A stretch of 64,000 nt of DNA from sequence record MN988561.1; one strand, given 5' to 3'. Positions 35,621 through 45,593 of the stretch are shown one piece after another. The notes under the pieces are model-generated. The model saw only the letters and a program-made list of their open reading frames with translations. It ran no database searches and had not been told where the DNA came from. The translations under genes were made by a program, and so were the position numbers. Each line of letters begins with the position of its first letter. The first letter of the stretch is position 1.

Positions 35621-35875
35621 TTATGGAAGAAGTGGTACGAAACTCTTCAGCTTATTGTACACATCATCCTGCTTACCCATTTCAGTCGAATACTTATCAA
35701 GAATCGTCTGATTATCTGGGAATTCATTACCTTGATTAGCTACCCAGTCGACATAATCATGCCAATCCTGGTCATCGTGAAGATCACGATGCTGCTTAAT
35801 CAGATTTGCATATTCAGCATCTGTGAATTCATGCAATGATGAAAGCTTCTCAAGAATGTCTTTAGCTCTACTCAT
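35621..35875 (-). CDS. small acidic protein (MSRAKDILEKLSSLHE), putative internal head protein
   Basis: Shared N-terminal motif; downstream of the gp68-like gene. Confidence 0.7.
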   Translation of the reverse strand: MSRAKDILEKLSSLHEFTDAEYANLIKQHRDLHDDQDWHDYVDWVANQGNEFPDNQTILDKYSTEMGKQDDVYNKLKSFVPLLP

Positions 35876-35886
35876 ATTAATCTCCG

Positions 35887-36342
35887 TCAAGCTACTACAG
35901 CGAGTTCATTACTTGGTACTTCATGAACGTCACCATCGACTTCGATCATGCAGATTTCACCGTTCACTTTAAGAACAGTGCCTGTACCGTGAACTGATTC
36001 AACAGTGTTATTAAGAAGGATCTCACGACCATTCTTATCTTCGCATTCGATGAATGCTCTCTGACCATTGTCAGGAGTGTAATCAGGAGCTTTACCTGTT
36101 ACGCCATCTGCATTCACATTGTTCCAGTGACCGTATGCGTCAAAGTATAGTACGTCGAGATCCGAACTATCTTGGAACTTGTCACGTTCAGCCATAGCAT
36201 CCTTGAAAGGCATTGCTAGAGGACCTAGGATAACTTTATTGTTGGTACGATTAACAATGTACGTACCAATGCGTTTACTGGTATCTTCGTCGATACCTGT
36301 GATCTTTGACAGATCACTAATCAGACCTGATGCTCTGCTCAT
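35887..36342 (-). CDS. hypothetical protein (MSRAS...DE N-terminus, SH3-like C-terminus)
   Basis: 151 aa; shared N-terminal motif. Confidence 0.7.
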   Translation of the reverse strand: MSRASGLISDLSKITGIDEDTSKRIGTYIVNRTNNKVILGPLAMPFKDAMAERDKFQDSSDLDVLYFDAYGHWNNVNADGVTGKAPDYTPDNGQRAFIECEDKNGREILLNNTVESVHGTGTVLKVNGEICMIEVDGDVHEVPSNELAVVA

Positions 36343-36370
36343 ATTAAATATCCTTGTTAGCGTTTATGAC

Positions 36371-36670
36371 TTAGAGACCAGCAGCCTTGCGCTTTCTCAT
36401 AGTCATTTGACGCTTACGAGAGATAGCAGCTTGCTGTCCTCTCTTCTTACGAGCACCCATCTTCGCAGCCTTACGCTTAGCGATGATCTCACCGGCACTC
36501 ATCTTGACGCAAGTCTTACCATCAATCTTGTAACCTGGAGGGCAATCAAGAATAACACTCTTGGCTCCACCTCTGAATGTTACTTTCTTCTTAGGAGCAG
36601 CTTCACTAGCTGGAATAGAAGACTCATAGTAAGCATCAATTTTAGTGATCAAATCTGCAGATTTAGACAT
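36371..36670 (-). CDS. prohead core protein, T4 gp68-like
   Basis: CPPGYK..CVKMS and basic C-terminus RKRQMTMRKRKAAGL, resembling the gp68 tail RKRKKALKRRKALGL. Confidence 0.6.
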   Translation of the reverse strand: MSKSADLITKIDAYYESSIPASEAAPKKKVTFRGGAKSVILDCPPGYKIDGKTCVKMSAGEIIAKRKAAKMGARKKRGQQAAISRKRQMTMRKRKAAGL

Positions 36671-36738
36671 AATGTACATCCATTTTAGTTTATTTAATGA
36701 GGATTATCACTTTACACAATTATAAAGTGTGCACAAAG

Positions 36739-36766
36739 AGGAAGGCTTATGTCGCCTTCCTTCGCT
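36739..36766 (-). promoter_or_regulatory. bipartite motif copy 6
   Basis: On the - strand: TTC-AGCGAA-ggaaggcgacata-AGCCTTCCT, co-oriented with and upstream of the gp68-like gene. Confidence 0.6.
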
Positions 36767-36782
36767 GAATCCTTAGCTTTAT

Positions 36783-38627
36783 TTACGTTATTAACTTATT
36801 CTTCTCACTAGCAGGTATCCCATTAGCGATTCGATCCATCATTATAGGATACGGATGAACACCATCTTGTGTAACACTAGGTCGTACAATAGATCCTACA
36901 GGTAAAATTGCAGCACGTGGAATTGAGAGTATAAGAGTATTTCCACTAACACTTAGAATAGTAGTCGTAGATAGTCTAGCAATTCCATCAGGCGCTGCAT
37001 AAGTATTGATTTCTTGTTCTCCTCTAAACAAGTTAGCATTAGCAACTTGAATAGATGAATAAGTTTCTACTCCATCAGTACCAGCTTGGACAGTGACAGT
37101 TGTGCTAGGTAGTTCTAACGTACCTGGCCATGCACCACCCTTTACACTTGATACCCATGCGTAATAAGTATCAATAGAATCATCGCAACATGATGATGTC
37201 TTTGCTAAGATATCATTTCTCAGGCGCCATTTACCACTATTGTCTGTTCCATCAGCAGGCCATGAATTCTGAGATGAGTATGTCTGGAATTCTGCCTGAA
37301 GATATAGATTACTAGCAGTGATCGACCCTGTAGCAGGAGTCGTAGCAGACCCTGCAAAGTTATAAGTGAAACTATTTGGACCTGTGACTGTTATAATCAC
37401 ATTACCATTGTACTCAGTTTGAGTAGCTCCACCAATCGTAACTGTTTGACCTGTTACAAGTCCGTTAGTACCAGAAGCGATAGCCGCAGTTACAACAGTT
37501 CCTACAGATGTCAATGTGACAGTACGTGTAGTCACTGTACGACCGAGAGGGGTCGTCGCAACGATCTTAACACCTGGATAACGTGCACGTAGTCTGGTAA
37601 CCAAGCTGCGGTAATTGGTATTGAAGAATGTCGTATAAACTGTACTAGTATCATTCTGACCCATCTGATTCAAGATAACAGTAAAAGGTTTCTTATTGTT
37701 ATTGAATGCAGTGATTTCATCAAGAATTGCCCATCGACGAGTAGCAATCGTACTACCACTACCTGTAAGTTCGAGTACAGAGTGTGATCCTGGCATACCA
37801 ATCATAAAGTGAGGAAGACGTCCAATACCGTCTGCTTTATCTAGCCATCTACGTAACCATCCTAAGTTACCTCGAGCATCAGCACCTGCACTATATTCTT
37901 GACGAGCTTCACCGATACTATCAACGACTGCTAGTACTACAGGTCGACCATCCCAGTCACCTTTAGCAACCATAAAATCAGGACCGTAGTATGCTGGTTG
38001 AGTTACTAGAATGTAATTTATATCGAGTGATGCAGTGCAGTCTGCAAGTGGTGTATCTTTATAAGCTAGAAGTGTATTGAGATCACTAGCGCCCCATATT
38101 CTTTCACCACGATGTTTCTGAATACGATATACTGGCCAGACTTTCTCACCTACTGCAGTATGATAGAAAGTCCAAATTTCCATCTCACTTTCAGGAGCAA
38201 CATCGCGTAGAACTAATTCATCCGTCCATGCACCATTACTCTGGTCAGCAATTGTTATAGTATCTAGACCTGAGAACTTGCACTGATAGAATACGCCAGC
38301 AACTTTGATAAACAAAGCATCGACTACTACAGAGTTACCAGGAGTACCAATTGTACCAGTTACAACTGTTTCTTGAGGTGAATTTCCACCTTCTGTTGCA
38401 GCGAATCCAGATAGATGGAATTTGAATGAACGTGTTGCATATGAAGGAGTATTTACAATAATCTTACTGCAAAGATAGTTCGTGCCAGATGCTGCTGTAA
38501 CTAAGTTACCAGATGGTACACGATTTCTAGTTGCAAAGAACATATAGCGACTAGGATCAACTGGACGAGCTCTTCGTCCATTAAATGCAGTATTAACAAT
38601 TTTTAATGATTTTTTGGATATAGCCAT
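36783..38627 (-). CDS. SGNH/GDSL-hydrolase-domain virion protein
   Basis: AVVDSIG, QMGQND and DGVHP motifs, with an inserted Thr-rich beta domain. Confidence 0.7.
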   Translation of the reverse strand: MAISKKSLKIVNTAFNGRRARPVDPSRYMFFATRNRVPSGNLVTAASGTNYLCSKIIVNTPSYATRSFKFHLSGFAATEGGNSPQETVVTGTIGTPGNSVVVDALFIKVAGVFYQCKFSGLDTITIADQSNGAWTDELVLRDVAPESEMEIWTFYHTAVGEKVWPVYRIQKHRGERIWGASDLNTLLAYKDTPLADCTASLDINYILVTQPAYYGPDFMVAKGDWDGRPVVLAVVDSIGEARQEYSAGADARGNLGWLRRWLDKADGIGRLPHFMIGMPGSHSVLELTGSGSTIATRRWAILDEITAFNNNKKPFTVILNQMGQNDTSTVYTTFFNTNYRSLVTRLRARYPGVKIVATTPLGRTVTTRTVTLTSVGTVVTAAIASGTNGLVTGQTVTIGGATQTEYNGNVIITVTGPNSFTYNFAGSATTPATGSITASNLYLQAEFQTYSSQNSWPADGTDNSGKWRLRNDILAKTSSCCDDSIDTYYAWVSSVKGGAWPGTLELPSTTVTVQAGTDGVETYSSIQVANANLFRGEQEINTYAAPDGIARLSTTTILSVSGNTLILSIPRAAILPVGSIVRPSVTQDGVHPYPIMMDRIANGIPASEKNKLIT

Positions 38628-38658
38628 AACATCAACTCTCAGATTTATCCATGATTAC

Positions 38659-39936
38659 TTATAGAGGAGCAAGTCTCACGTAGTTAGGTGGGACCCAATA
38701 AGGATCTAGCATAGGAGCCATAGCTGCAGCGAAGTATGGTGCCATGTTAGCATGATCTGTTTGCCCAGGGTGAATTGTATCTGACGGATACGAATTAGGA
38801 TCTCCCTGATATGGTCTCATATCGATCGCAACATCACAATATCCATCAGCTCCTGATAGAATCCAATTGTTGTAATCATTCTTTACAGTATTCTGAGCAC
38901 CTGTGAACGTTCCACGATTCAAGCAGCAGACTGCTACCATAAGTAGCGGGAGTCCATAAGGTCCGATTGTATTCTTAACTGCAGTAGCAATTGAGATGAA
39001 GTCAGCTTTGATCGCTGCTAATGTTCTATTTGCTGCAATATCGTTAGTAATACATTGTAGAATTACACAAGTTAGCAGGTCAAGATTGACCCATTGAAGA
39101 GGAGCGAGTGCAGGAGTCTGAAGTTGCATTTTATTAGCATCAACAGCAGCAAACTGCCATACAAACGTCTCTCCATTAATATTATTTAATCCACGTTTGA
39201 TGTAACCACCAGTCGTTCCTGTATTGGTATCATTGAGATACTGAGCAATACTGTCACCGATGACTCTACAAGCAGCCATAGGAACATCAGGAATTCCTGT
39301 AATCATCCATGGCCATACAGCGTTACCTCCACCAGATCCAGATGCATTCATAGCACCTACGCTATTAACCTGAGCACCACCTACTGTACGAAATCCTTGT
39401 GATGATGGGCCAACCATGTTGACACCATTAATATTGTCAAGCGCTGGATCGAATACTCCAGTCGTAGCATTCTTTACAGTTCTAGTACCTCTGGTGAAGA
39501 TCTGACTATTAGCAAGAGCAAATGCTCCAACAATATTGTCAGTTTCAATCAATCCACCACTGACTAGATCTTTAGATATCGCACCACTATAGGTTGCAGG
39601 ATACGTAGTTGATCCAATTTCAATTGCACGCCTCCAGATACTTGTAGCAGCAGGAGATGCAACTTCTGCTCCAGATCCAGGTGTCAGTCTTGCTTGTATA
39701 TCCTGAATTCTAAGATCTTTAATATTAGCTCGCCCGATTTTATGAGCATTTCTAACTTGGTTAGCAGTATACGATCCACCTGAAGCCATTAATGATGGAG
39801 CTAGGTTAGGAGTTGCGCACCAACTAGCTACAAGTTGTCTTTTAGTAGGTGTAGGTCGAACTAAAGGTCGATTATTGTTGCGAGGATTTATTAAGATTAA
39901 TTTTGACTTCAATAATCTGGTTTTAGAGATTGCCAT
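38659..39936 (-). CDS. SGNH/GDSL-hydrolase-domain virion protein
   Basis: IGDSI, CITND and DTIHP motifs. Confidence 0.75.
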   Translation of the reverse strand: MAISKTRLLKSKLILINPRNNNRPLVRPTPTKRQLVASWCATPNLAPSLMASGGSYTANQVRNAHKIGRANIKDLRIQDIQARLTPGSGAEVASPAATSIWRRAIEIGSTTYPATYSGAISKDLVSGGLIETDNIVGAFALANSQIFTRGTRTVKNATTGVFDPALDNINGVNMVGPSSQGFRTVGGAQVNSVGAMNASGSGGGNAVWPWMITGIPDVPMAACRVIGDSIAQYLNDTNTGTTGGYIKRGLNNINGETFVWQFAAVDANKMQLQTPALAPLQWVNLDLLTCVILQCITNDIAANRTLAAIKADFISIATAVKNTIGPYGLPLLMVAVCCLNRGTFTGAQNTVKNDYNNWILSGADGYCDVAIDMRPYQGDPNSYPSDTIHPGQTDHANMAPYFAAAMAPMLDPYWVPPNYVRLAPL

Positions 39937-39955
39937 AATGCTATCCTTAATGAGA

Positions 39956-39993
39956 TATAAATGTTAGTAGGTGAAATTTTCCACCTACTAACA
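39956..39993 (-). terminator. hairpin terminator
   Basis: 12-bp perfect stem TGTTAGTAGGTG/CACCTACTAACA. Confidence 0.55.
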
Positions 39994-40007
39994 GATTTGA
40001 GAGTCTA

Positions 40008-42368
40008 TTAACTCTGTATGTATCTCCAGCAATATCCGTCATCATAACGAGCAGGTACAGCTACTGTTGCTCCATTTGAGAGCGTATAAACTACAGCACA
40101 TGATACAGTTGGTGTGTTACGATATGTTGGCATATTCGGATTAACAACTTGTCCAGCAGGAATAATGAACGTCAATCCTGTTTCATTAAGGACTTTCTGG
40201 TCATTAATTAGCCATTGAACAACAGATGTTGCTCCAGCAATTTCAGGAACAGTCACTGTCAGAGTAGATCCTGCAGTCATCGTACCAGAGATTGTAGGTT
40301 TAACTACAGGATCAGTAGTCGTTACTGAATTAACGAAATTAGGACCCTTCGTGAATGCAGGGTAGTCTGGTGTGACGAATGTACCACTAGCGTTTGTATA
40401 ACCGGTAGCTGCTCCACCACTTCCTGAGAATCCATTATTGTTATTCTGTTCAGCGATATTGTCTGTAACGAACCCTGTTGCAGGACGGTCTTGCTTGAAG
40501 AATGCTTTATTCTTACGCGTATGGTTATAAAGGATTTCATAGTCCATACGCTGCCATCCACCGTCTGGGTCATCATATCCAGATAGTGCCATAGCAAACC
40601 AGTTACCTTCGATACGATTGAAAATCCATCGTTGATCACGAGTATGAATGATTGCACCAGTACCGATACCGAATGAGTTATCATTCAATATAGCACCACG
40701 AAGATAGTTATCACGTACGGTAACGAGACTTGATAGTGATGACAAGCAGAAGTAGTTACCTTCACAGTCGTTACGTTCGAATAGAACTCTACTTGCACCT
40801 TCAATAACGCAGTTACCTTTAAGAGCATTCGAAAGTACTGAGTGTCTGAAGATATTGTCTGAGACTTCTACGTCAGCAGGTTCCATACCAGACTTGCGTT
40901 CGGAGGTGATCTGAAGATTATCTGCTCCAGTACCTGTAGGAATACCAAACTTACACCAACGAACTCGACCTTGTCTCCATTTACGGAGATACATTCCGTC
41001 ACCGTCAATACCATCAACAAGTGTACAATGATAGATATTACTATTAACGAATCCATGTAAGTAGATACCGTTACCGTACTGACTATTCTTCTCAATCTGG
41101 AGTCGCAAGAATGTACTTCCTGTACCATCCGTAAGACTGATCGCTCGTTGTGTGCCAGTAATCTTCAGATCTTTAAGAATAACGTTAGTTAATGTACCAG
41201 ATACTGATGCACCAATTGCAAATCCACTTGGAACTGTGGTTATAAAGTGAGGAGGTGGTTGTGAAGGGTCACCATAAGCTTGAATTGTTGTATAATTGCG
41301 AAGTGCGTGACCTGTTGTAGTCGTAGGAGTATCGTAAACAGTACCACGCTTATACATCGTGATATATGTACTGAAAACGTCTGCTCCTCGAATACCATTA
41401 GCCTTACCAAAGGTCTTGAATGGAGTAGCAGGAGTCTTACCATTGTTAAGACTATCGTCACCATTGACACTATCAACGAAGTAGGTTCTTGTTAGTCCAG
41501 CAGTCGGTACAAGAGTAATAGGAACAATTGTGCTCTGACTTCCAGCAATATTAGATGCTGTGATCGTTACATAATAAGTTCCTGCAGCTTTTGCTGAATT
41601 GACAAGAGTGATCATACCTGTACTTGCATCAATAGCAAAATCAACATCATCAATTGAATAAGTGACTGCAGGTTTAGGTGAATTCAATGCAAGGACACGT
41701 CCTACACTCGTACCAGATGCAGCACCTTGAGTTATATACATATAACCTAGGTATCCATACTTACCATTCTTCTCACTATCAACCCATGTCGTATAAGAAG
41801 GAGGCATCTGAGGAGCTTCATTAGGCTTATCTGTAGTAACACTAATCGTATTACTGATGATTTCGATGAATCCACTAGCTACCGTACCAGCAGTTACACG
41901 GAATTGATAAGTACCATCTTCTAACACGTCTTGGAATACGTGAGTAGAATTACCAGAAATATCTGACAATTCTGAACCGTCAACGATCCATTCTGTATTA
42001 CCGAAAACTCTATATTCATAAACTATGATTCTATCATTGACAGGAGCGCCATTCTCTAGATATAGATTAGAACTAAGAGTAGGGTGGATAGTATTTTGCG
42101 GACTAGTACCTGTAATTTTTAGACGTGCCAAGGAGATCTCCATATCTGTAACTTTAGGAATATTGATTTTGTCGTATTCACGAGCTTTAATCTCAACACT
42201 TCCTGGTGGTAAATTTGAGAACGATACAGACCAGTCCCCATTCTCGTCTGCTACGATAGAATAAGTATTTGATCCTATCGTACCCTTAACGCGCTTCCCA
42301 GGAGTAGCTTTACCATGGACTGTTGCAGTATTACCTGAAGCATTTTTAGATGTAATTGATATAGCCAT
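40008..42368 (-). CDS. Ig/cadherin-like + right-handed beta-helix virion protein (putative depolymerase/adhesin)
   Basis: ADENGDWS Ig motif, FAIDASTGMI cadherin motif, YFVDSVNGDD..G.TPATPFKT followed by parallel beta-helix repeats. Confidence 0.75.
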   Translation of the reverse strand: MAISITSKNASGNTATVHGKATPGKRVKGTIGSNTYSIVADENGDWSVSFSNLPPGSVEIKAREYDKINIPKVTDMEISLARLKITGTSPQNTIHPTLSSNLYLENGAPVNDRIIVYEYRVFGNTEWIVDGSELSDISGNSTHVFQDVLEDGTYQFRVTAGTVASGFIEIISNTISVTTDKPNEAPQMPPSYTTWVDSEKNGKYGYLGYMYITQGAASGTSVGRVLALNSPKPAVTYSIDDVDFAIDASTGMITLVNSAKAAGTYYVTITASNIAGSQSTIVPITLVPTAGLTRTYFVDSVNGDDSLNNGKTPATPFKTFGKANGIRGADVFSTYITMYKRGTVYDTPTTTTGHALRNYTTIQAYGDPSQPPPHFITTVPSGFAIGASVSGTLTNVILKDLKITGTQRAISLTDGTGSTFLRLQIEKNSQYGNGIYLHGFVNSNIYHCTLVDGIDGDGMYLRKWRQGRVRWCKFGIPTGTGADNLQITSERKSGMEPADVEVSDNIFRHSVLSNALKGNCVIEGASRVLFERNDCEGNYFCLSSLSSLVTVRDNYLRGAILNDNSFGIGTGAIIHTRDQRWIFNRIEGNWFAMALSGYDDPDGGWQRMDYEILYNHTRKNKAFFKQDRPATGFVTDNIAEQNNNNGFSGSGGAATGYTNASGTFVTPDYPAFTKGPNFVNSVTTTDPVVKPTISGTMTAGSTLTVTVPEIAGATSVVQWLINDQKVLNETGLTFIIPAGQVVNPNMPTYRNTPTVSCAVVYTLSNGATVAVPARYDDGYCWRYIQS

Positions 42369-42374
42369 CTTATG

Positions 42375-43874
42375 TTATCCATGACTCTTAAGTTCAACTG
42401 TAATAAGCATACTATCTGTACCGCTATTAGTGAATGCTGACTGCGGATCTGTATTAACAGGTCCATTAGTATCATAAACTGCTAGTCTTGATGTAGACGA
42501 TGAGTTAGTATGGTCTTGTCTGACTGTCCATGAAGCTCCTATACTACCTAACGTGGTACTACGGATAGCAGCCATACAAATCAACCATGAGGTACTATCA
42601 GTATTCTGAAGTGCCATAACATCAGCATTCTTACGCGTAGTTCCTGAAGCTGCGAATACAGTATTAATTGCACCTATTGGTGCAGCATTGTTTGCACCTC
42701 TATACACCATTACTACAGTATCTGTAGCACTTGTTGAAACGATAGAAGGTTCTGAGCTAGTAGCAGCCACCTTCCAGAAGACTCTACCTAGATAACCACC
42801 AGCACTTAAGAAAGCACTAGTAGCAGTCCAACCTGAAGGTAGTGTGAATGTTCCTCCATCACGGAATACACATGCTACAAATAGGTCACCCGCTTGGTGA
42901 GTAGGCATAGCTACAGTAGAAACACCCATTGCAGATGATACGAACGTAATTGCATCATCGATCGTAATAGAGTCGAGTGCTTCTTCACCTACTGGAAAGT
43001 CAGTAACCATCAAGTCAGCTAGATTGTAGCTACCTGCTGGTAGATCTTCTGTGTATGTATAAGTCCAATCACCTTCTGCATCTGTAACTGCTGTGCCATT
43101 TTCTGTACCACTAGGCATAAGGAAGTGAATCGTAAGACCTGATACACCTGTATTTGATCGAACGTAACCTGTTAATGTAGGTCTAGTATTCGTTGTGATA
43201 TTACCTGAAGAAACCGGTACACCGTCAATCGCAGATAGGTACAGACCTTCTACTTCAGTAGCTGTAATCAAAATTGTCAATGTTCTACCTGCTGTCGTAG
43301 TAACAAGTAGTTCAGTCGACCCTACTGTTACTGGACTCTCTCCTTTAAGAATTCTATTAGTAGTATCACTGAATGTGAATCGGCCATCATCTGGAGAGAT
43401 GCTAAAGATCTTCTCATCAGCACCTATATCAAGACCTGTCAAGGTAGCGATAGTTGTTCCTTCGAGATCGTCAATGGTAAGAGTACCAGTAGTAGGTCCT
43501 AATACACCTTCGATCGTATTAACAACGTTAATTGTAAAGGTACGGATAACAGGAAAATCTATTCCGTTATCAGCTTGAATCGTGACTGTGTGTGAACTAT
43601 TAGTTTCAAAATCTAATGAGCCACTAAGTCGTAGAGTTTTATTAACTAGAGAGAATTTGTTGTCTGGATCATCAATTTTAGTAAAGATATAATTAGCTTG
43701 TCCACCTGTAATTGACAGATGTCCAATGACTGAATTATTCAAAGAATTCTCGAATATTGTAGCATTAGAAAGATAAATTGTACCAGGCAGTCTCGTAGAT
43801 TTAACGATACTGTTACCGAGAATTCTAATAAATTTCTTGGATATAGTCATTTCAGGTATCTTACCTCCGAACAT
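42375..43874 (-). CDS. cadherin/Ig-repeat virion protein
   Basis: LDFETNSSHTVTIQADNG cadherin motif and Big-like TNTRPTLTG..GDWTYT. Confidence 0.7.
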   Translation of the reverse strand: MFGGKIPEMTISKKFIRILGNSIVKSTRLPGTIYLSNATIFENSLNNSVIGHLSITGGQANYIFTKIDDPDNKFSLVNKTLRLSGSLDFETNSSHTVTIQADNGIDFPVIRTFTINVVNTIEGVLGPTTGTLTIDDLEGTTIATLTGLDIGADEKIFSISPDDGRFTFSDTTNRILKGESPVTVGSTELLVTTTAGRTLTILITATEVEGLYLSAIDGVPVSSGNITTNTRPTLTGYVRSNTGVSGLTIHFLMPSGTENGTAVTDAEGDWTYTYTEDLPAGSYNLADLMVTDFPVGEEALDSITIDDAITFVSSAMGVSTVAMPTHQAGDLFVACVFRDGGTFTLPSGWTATSAFLSAGGYLGRVFWKVAATSSEPSIVSTSATDTVVMVYRGANNAAPIGAINTVFAASGTTRKNADVMALQNTDSTSWLICMAAIRSTTLGSIGASWTVRQDHTNSSSTSRLAVYDTNGPVNTDPQSAFTNSGTDSMLITVELKSHG

Positions 43875-43918
43875 AGAATAGTGACGCTACTTACATCGTG
43901 TAAGTAGCGTCATATTAC

Positions 43919-44584
43919 TTACACTTCGATGGTATGAAGAGTTACCTTATAAACTTCGCTATTAGCTGCAGGTGTATAAGCTCCAGCAGTAACAAGATAA
44001 GCGAATAGATCTGTACCTGTGGTACGAATCTGCTTACCAATGTTATTAACTTCGACGTATAGAGTTGAACCGATCAGAACAGGCGTACCTAGATCGACGT
44101 ATCCAAGGAATGATGGACGATCAGTTGCATCGAATACGAATGCTCCATTATCTGCAACAGCAGATCCTGGTGTTGCACTGTAAAGATATAGTCTGAAAGA
44201 AGTCATACCTGCTGGAACAGATGCAATATCGAGTTCCAGCTGTGTACCTGTAACAAGGAGAGCTCCTGCAGCAGATCTTACAGCAGCAAACGTAAGAGGT
44301 CCACCTACAACGTCGTTAGCAGCATATGCGTTCATATCTGCAGGACGTGTAATAGTTAGAGCAACATCCTTAGCAGATGATGTCTGGTTGACAGGTAGAG
44401 TATCTTGGTTACTTGCGAGAACTACAGGTAGAGATGCAGTCTTAGTCTGTTGACCAAACGTCAGATCTGCTGCTGCACCATCAGCTCCAATAGCTACCTT
44501 AATTCTTTGATAGAGTACGCCACCAACATCGTCAGCAGCGATTGTTGCACCATTACCTGGTGTTACACTCATATTATCAGCCAT
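43919..44584 (-). CDS. putative virion structural protein
   Basis: 221 aa; MADN..GATIAADDVGGVLYQRIK and YAANDVVG motifs. Confidence 0.65.
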   Translation of the reverse strand: MADNMSVTPGNGATIAADDVGGVLYQRIKVAIGADGAAADLTFGQQTKTASLPVVLASNQDTLPVNQTSSAKDVALTITRPADMNAYAANDVVGGPLTFAAVRSAAGALLVTGTQLELDIASVPAGMTSFRLYLYSATPGSAVADNGAFVFDATDRPSFLGYVDLGTPVLIGSTLYVEVNNIGKQIRTTGTDLFAYLVTAGAYTPAANSEVYKVTLHTIEV

Positions 44585-44598
44585 TTTCGTATCCTAAT

Positions 44599-44910
44599 TT
44601 AGCTGTTTAACAATAGAAGACCACGGTATGTACTACCGGAGGTCGGTGGTGAAGTATTTTGACCTGCATAGGTCATGAGTAGTGTTAGTCCCATAGGACG
44701 TCCTACTCTGTCATCTACAGGAGGCGTGTCACCTGCTGTATAAGTCAATAACAATAGAAGTCCTAGAGACTTACCTGTTAAACTCGGATCTGGAGGATCA
44801 GGAGGATCTACAGGCGTTCCAGGACTATCAATTGTAGTCGAAGAGTATTGGTAGCCGTAACTGAACACTCCTTTGACTCCTTGGAATTCGTTAAATATAA
44901 CGCCAACCAT
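44599..44910 (-). CDS. hypothetical protein with repeated GLLLL motifs
   Basis: 103 aa ORF within the operon. Confidence 0.55.
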   Translation of the reverse strand: MVGVIFNEFQGVKGVFSYGYQYSSTTIDSPGTPVDPPDPPDPSLTGKSLGLLLLLTYTAGDTPPVDDRVGRPMGLTLLMTYAGQNTSPPTSGSTYRGLLLLNS

Positions 44911-44950
44911 CTTATGTCCTACTCAGAGATTTGAATCTCTATAAGATTCA

Positions 44951-45292
44951 TTAGTCGTGTTCTACGTGAATTTCGACACCAGTACCTACAACTGATACAA
45001 TTCTTCTAACAAATTTTGGTAGAATCCATGCTCCTTGTGGACGTTTATATGTCTGAGGTTCACTATCTTCATTACTGATTGGGACTACAGTGATTTCAGC
45101 TACGATACCCGATGGAACATAGATATCCAATGCCTTACCATAAATTGGTAATTCTTTATTACCTATCATTTCCGATGTAAGTAGATATGATTTTGTAGAC
45201 TGATGAGTTCTTCTCTTCTCACCAAGGTTGTAGAGATTAGACTCTCTATCGCTATACCAACCAGATGGATCTTTTTCTATGTCGTAAGGCAT
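44951..45292 (-). CDS. hypothetical protein
   Basis: 113 aa ORF. Confidence 0.65.
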   Translation of the reverse strand: MPYDIEKDPSGWYSDRESNLYNLGEKRRTHQSTKSYLLTSEMIGNKELPIYGKALDIYVPSGIVAEITVVPISNEDSEPQTYKRPQGAWILPKFVRRIVSVVGTGVEIHVEHD

Positions 45293-45314
45293 CGAATCTA
45301 TTCCGTATCACTGA

Positions 45315-45584
45315 TTAAAATATTTTATGACACCATCGTAGANNNNNNNNNNNNNNNNNNNTACCAAGATGAACTTCGATAGCTAGATCCGGATTGATTT
45401 CGTTGATGCGAGTAACCTTGTCTAAAAGCTTACCTTCAACAACGTGAATCTGGTAAATCGACGGATCGAACTTAAGTTTTAATTGATCTACAATTTTGAC
45501 TACTTCGTCGTATTCGACGTAGCCATTTTTAGATACTCCACGATAATTCTCATAATGACCAGGACTGATGGCAATAACCTTCAT
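45315..45584 (-). CDS. N-acetylmuramoyl-L-alanine amidase (Amidase_3), interrupted by an assembly gap
   Basis: IAISPGH..E..LAIEVHL Zn-binding motifs; N-run at 45343-45361. Confidence 0.7.
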   Translation of the reverse strand: MKVIAISPGHYENYRGVSKNGYVEYDEVVKIVDQLKLKFDPSIYQIHVVEGKLLDKVTRINEINPDLAIEVHLGXXXXXXXLRWCHKIF

Positions 45585-45593
45585 TTTATATCT

